In this document: piece after piece, positions 61,981 through 64,000 of the stretch | How positions within the stretch are numbered: the stretch's first letter is position 1 | Layout of the letters: every line of letters begins with the position of its first letter | Assembly (NCBI GenBank): GCA_038867615.1 | Contig: JAWBYA010000002.1 | Span: forward strand, 1 to 64,000 | Reading direction: 5' to 3' | Source of the DNA: Sulfolobales archaeon | GTDB taxonomy: Archaea; Thermoproteota; Thermoprotei_A; Sulfolobales; AG1 | Length of the DNA: 64,000 nt | Notes under the pieces: model-generated | Told to the model about the DNA's origin: nothing | What the model saw: only the letters and a program-made list of their open reading frames with translations | The model's database searches: none | Made by a program: the position numbers and the translations under genes

Positions 61981-64000
61981 ATGGGGGAGGAGGTTCTAGA
62001 CGTCTTTATCCTGGATCTCAGCTATGAGGTTGTTAGATCAGAACCCCATATTGTGATCTGGGGTATAGATTCTTCCGGAAACAGGGTGCTTCTCCGAGAT
62101 AGGAGTTTTAGACCTTACTTCTACGCAGTGCTTGAGGACGATGCTCCTGTAGAGCAGGTGGCAGAGATGATCAGAAGGCTGAGCGTGCCATCATCGCCAA
62201 TAACCGAGGTTAAACCAGTTGATAGGAAATACTATGGGAGGCCTGTCAACGTCCTCAGGATCCAGACTGTTATTCCTGAGAGTGTTAGGGATTATAGGGA
62301 GAAGGTTAAGGGTATTGCGTATGTTAGAGAGGTGCTTGAGGCTGACATAAGGTTCGCCCTGAGGTATATGATAGACAGGGAGACTCCTCCCAGCACCTGG
62401 CATAGGTTTAGGGTTAGGAAGATCCCGAGGAGTAATGAGTATAGAGTCTCTGAGGAGTACGAGGTTATCGAGAGAACCGGCTATAGCGATATAACAAAGC
62501 CACCTAGCATGAGGAGCATAGCCTTTGATATAGAGGTATATAACCCCAGAGGCTCTCCAAGAGCAGAGACCGATCCTGTGATAATAATAGGCGCCATGAA
62601 TGACAAGGGGGAGAAGGTTCAGTTCCTCGCAGAAGATCCAGGGCCGAGGGATGCAAAACCACTTAGAGAATTCATTGAATACGTGTTAAACGAGGATCCA
62701 GACATACTTTTCGGATATAATAGTGCTTATTTCGACATACCATACCTCATGGAGAGGTGTAAGAGGTATGGATTGAAATTCGATATCGGTAGGAGGAGGG
62801 GGGCTGAGCCGAGACCTAGTGTTTATGGTCACTACTCAATCCCCGGGAGGCTGCACGTGGATCTCTATGACTTTGCTGAGGAGATACACGAGATAAAGAT
62901 CAAGAGCCTCGATGTCGTTGCAGAATACTTCGGGATCATGAGTAGGTCTGAGAGGACAAACATACCCTGGTATGAGATAGCGCGGTACTGGGATGACAAG
63001 TCGAAGAGACAGATTCTCCTGAAATACTCTATGGAGGATGTTATATCGACATACGGAATAGGGATGAAGATCCTCCCCTTCGCGATCCAGATATCATCTC
63101 TAACAGGATTACCACTAGACCAGGTTGGATCAGCATCTGTAGGGCATAGGCTGGAGTGGTATCTAATGAGAGAAGCCTATAGATATGGAGAGCTCGTACC
63201 AAACAGAGAGGAGAGACCCTACGAACCCTACAAAGGAGCAGTTGTTCTAGAACCAAAGCCCGGTGTTCATGAGAACATAGCTGTTATGGATTTCTCATCC
63301 ATGTATCCAAACATAATGATCAAGTATAACATTGGTCCAGACACATATATAGATAACGAAGAAGAATGCGGAGAAGACGGGTGCTGGGAAGCCCCAGAGG
63401 TTGGCTATCTCTTCAGAAAAAGCCCTCCGGGGTTTTACAAGAGGGTTCTTGAGACGCTCTTAAAGCTGAGGAGAAGTATTAGGAGTGAGATGAAGAAATA
63501 CGATCCCGATAGTATTGAGTATAGAATCCTTGACGAGAGGCAAAAAGCCCTGAAAATACTCGCCAACGCTGCCTACGGCTATATGGGGTGGGTGGGGGCT
63601 AGGTGGTATTTCAAGCAAGGGGCAGAGGCTGTGACAGCATGGGGTAGGGCTACTATTAAGAGGGCTATCGAGATCGCTAAGAGCATGGGGTTAGAGGTTA
63701 TCTATGGAGATACAGATTCGCTCTTCATAAGATACTCGAAAGGATTGGCTGAGGAGTTCGCGGAGAGGATCTCTAGGGAGCTTGAGATGGAGATAAAGAT
63801 AGATAAGATCTATAGGAAGGTTTTCTTCACAGAGGCTAAGAAGAGATATGTAGGGCTGACAGAGAATGGAGGGATAGATATAGTTGGCTTCGAAGCGGTG
63901 AGGGGAGACTGGTCAGAGCTTGCCAAAGAGATCCAGGAGGAGGTGGCTAGAATAATACTCGGGACAAACGATGTGTCAAAGGCTATAGAGTATGTGAGAA
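61981..64000 (+). CDS. polB: Family B DNA polymerase (PolB3 type), cut off by the window end
   Basis: Open frame from ATG 61981 (MGEEVLDVFILDLSYEV); exonuclease AFDIEVY and GYNS..FD; polymerase DFSSMYP, KILANAAYGY, YGDTDS and KKRY. Confidence 0.96.
   Translation, partial: MGEEVLDVFILDLSYEVVRSEPHIVIWGIDSSGNRVLLRDRSFRPYFYAVLEDDAPVEQVAEMIRRLSVPSSPITEVKPVDRKYYGRPVNVLRIQTVIPESVRDYREKVKGIAYVREVLEADIRFALRYMIDRETPPSTWHRFRVRKIPRSNEYRVSEEYEVIERTGYSDITKPPSMRSIAFDIEVYNPRGSPRAETDPVIIIGAMNDKGEKVQFLAEDPGPRDAKPLREFIEYVLNEDPDILFGYNSAYFDIPYLMERCKRYGLKFDIGRRRGAEPRPSVYGHYSIPGRLHVDLYDFAEEIHEIKIKSLDVVAEYFGIMSRSERTNIPWYEIARYWDDKSKRQILLKYSMEDVISTYGIGMKILPFAIQISSLTGLPLDQVGSASVGHRLEWYLMREAYRYGELVPNREERPYEPYKGAVVLEPKPGVHENIAVMDFSSMYPNIMIKYNIGPDTYIDNEEECGEDGCWEAPEVGYLFRKSPPGFYKRVLETLLKLRRSIRSEMKKYDPDSIEYRILDERQKALKILANAAYGYMGWVGARWYFKQGAEAVTAWGRATIKRAIEIAKSMGLEVIYGDTDSLFIRYSKGLAEEFAERISRELEMEIKIDKIYRKVFFTEAKKRYVGLTENGGIDIVGFEAVRGDWSELAKEIQEEVARIILGTNDVSKAIEYVR

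Overview
64 kb of a crenarchaeal (Thermoproteota) chromosome, most like Desulfurococcales. This placement rests on crenarchaeal markers (RpoG, split rpo1N/rpo1C with an unsplit rpo2, Gins23-MCM, SmAP3, PolB3, sulfocyanin) and frequent TTG/GTG starts. Most of the window is core informational genes: L44e-S27e-aIF2alpha-Nop10, rnhB, tbp, aEF1beta, gins-mcm, L15e, arcTGT, the RNA polymerase operon, rnp4, pheST, csl4, polB and two complete tRNAs. The unusual parts are: (1) a four-gene TAT-exported DMSO-reductase type II operon resembling the Nitrospira/anammox-type periplasmic NXR/Nar lineage, with an all-Cys FS0 motif and an apparent ATA start; (2) a promoter-driven 5' half of a tRNA-Asp/Glu with no anticodon and a GC-rich tail, a candidate split tRNA; (3) repeated non-canonical starts (CTG/ATA) behind strong Shine-Dalgarno sites, including on aIF2alpha; (4) a signal-peptidase-linked pilin-like operon with a lectin-inserted paralog and a 127-bp exact duplication; (5) a purC'-'purM deletion scar; (6) nucleotide-identical blocks between the two TBP repeats; (7) a tRNA-Lys intron at position 45/46, a C/D-like sRNA, and a degenerate/canonical pair of aIF2B-like genes. 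All calls come from reading motifs by eye; no database searches were run.
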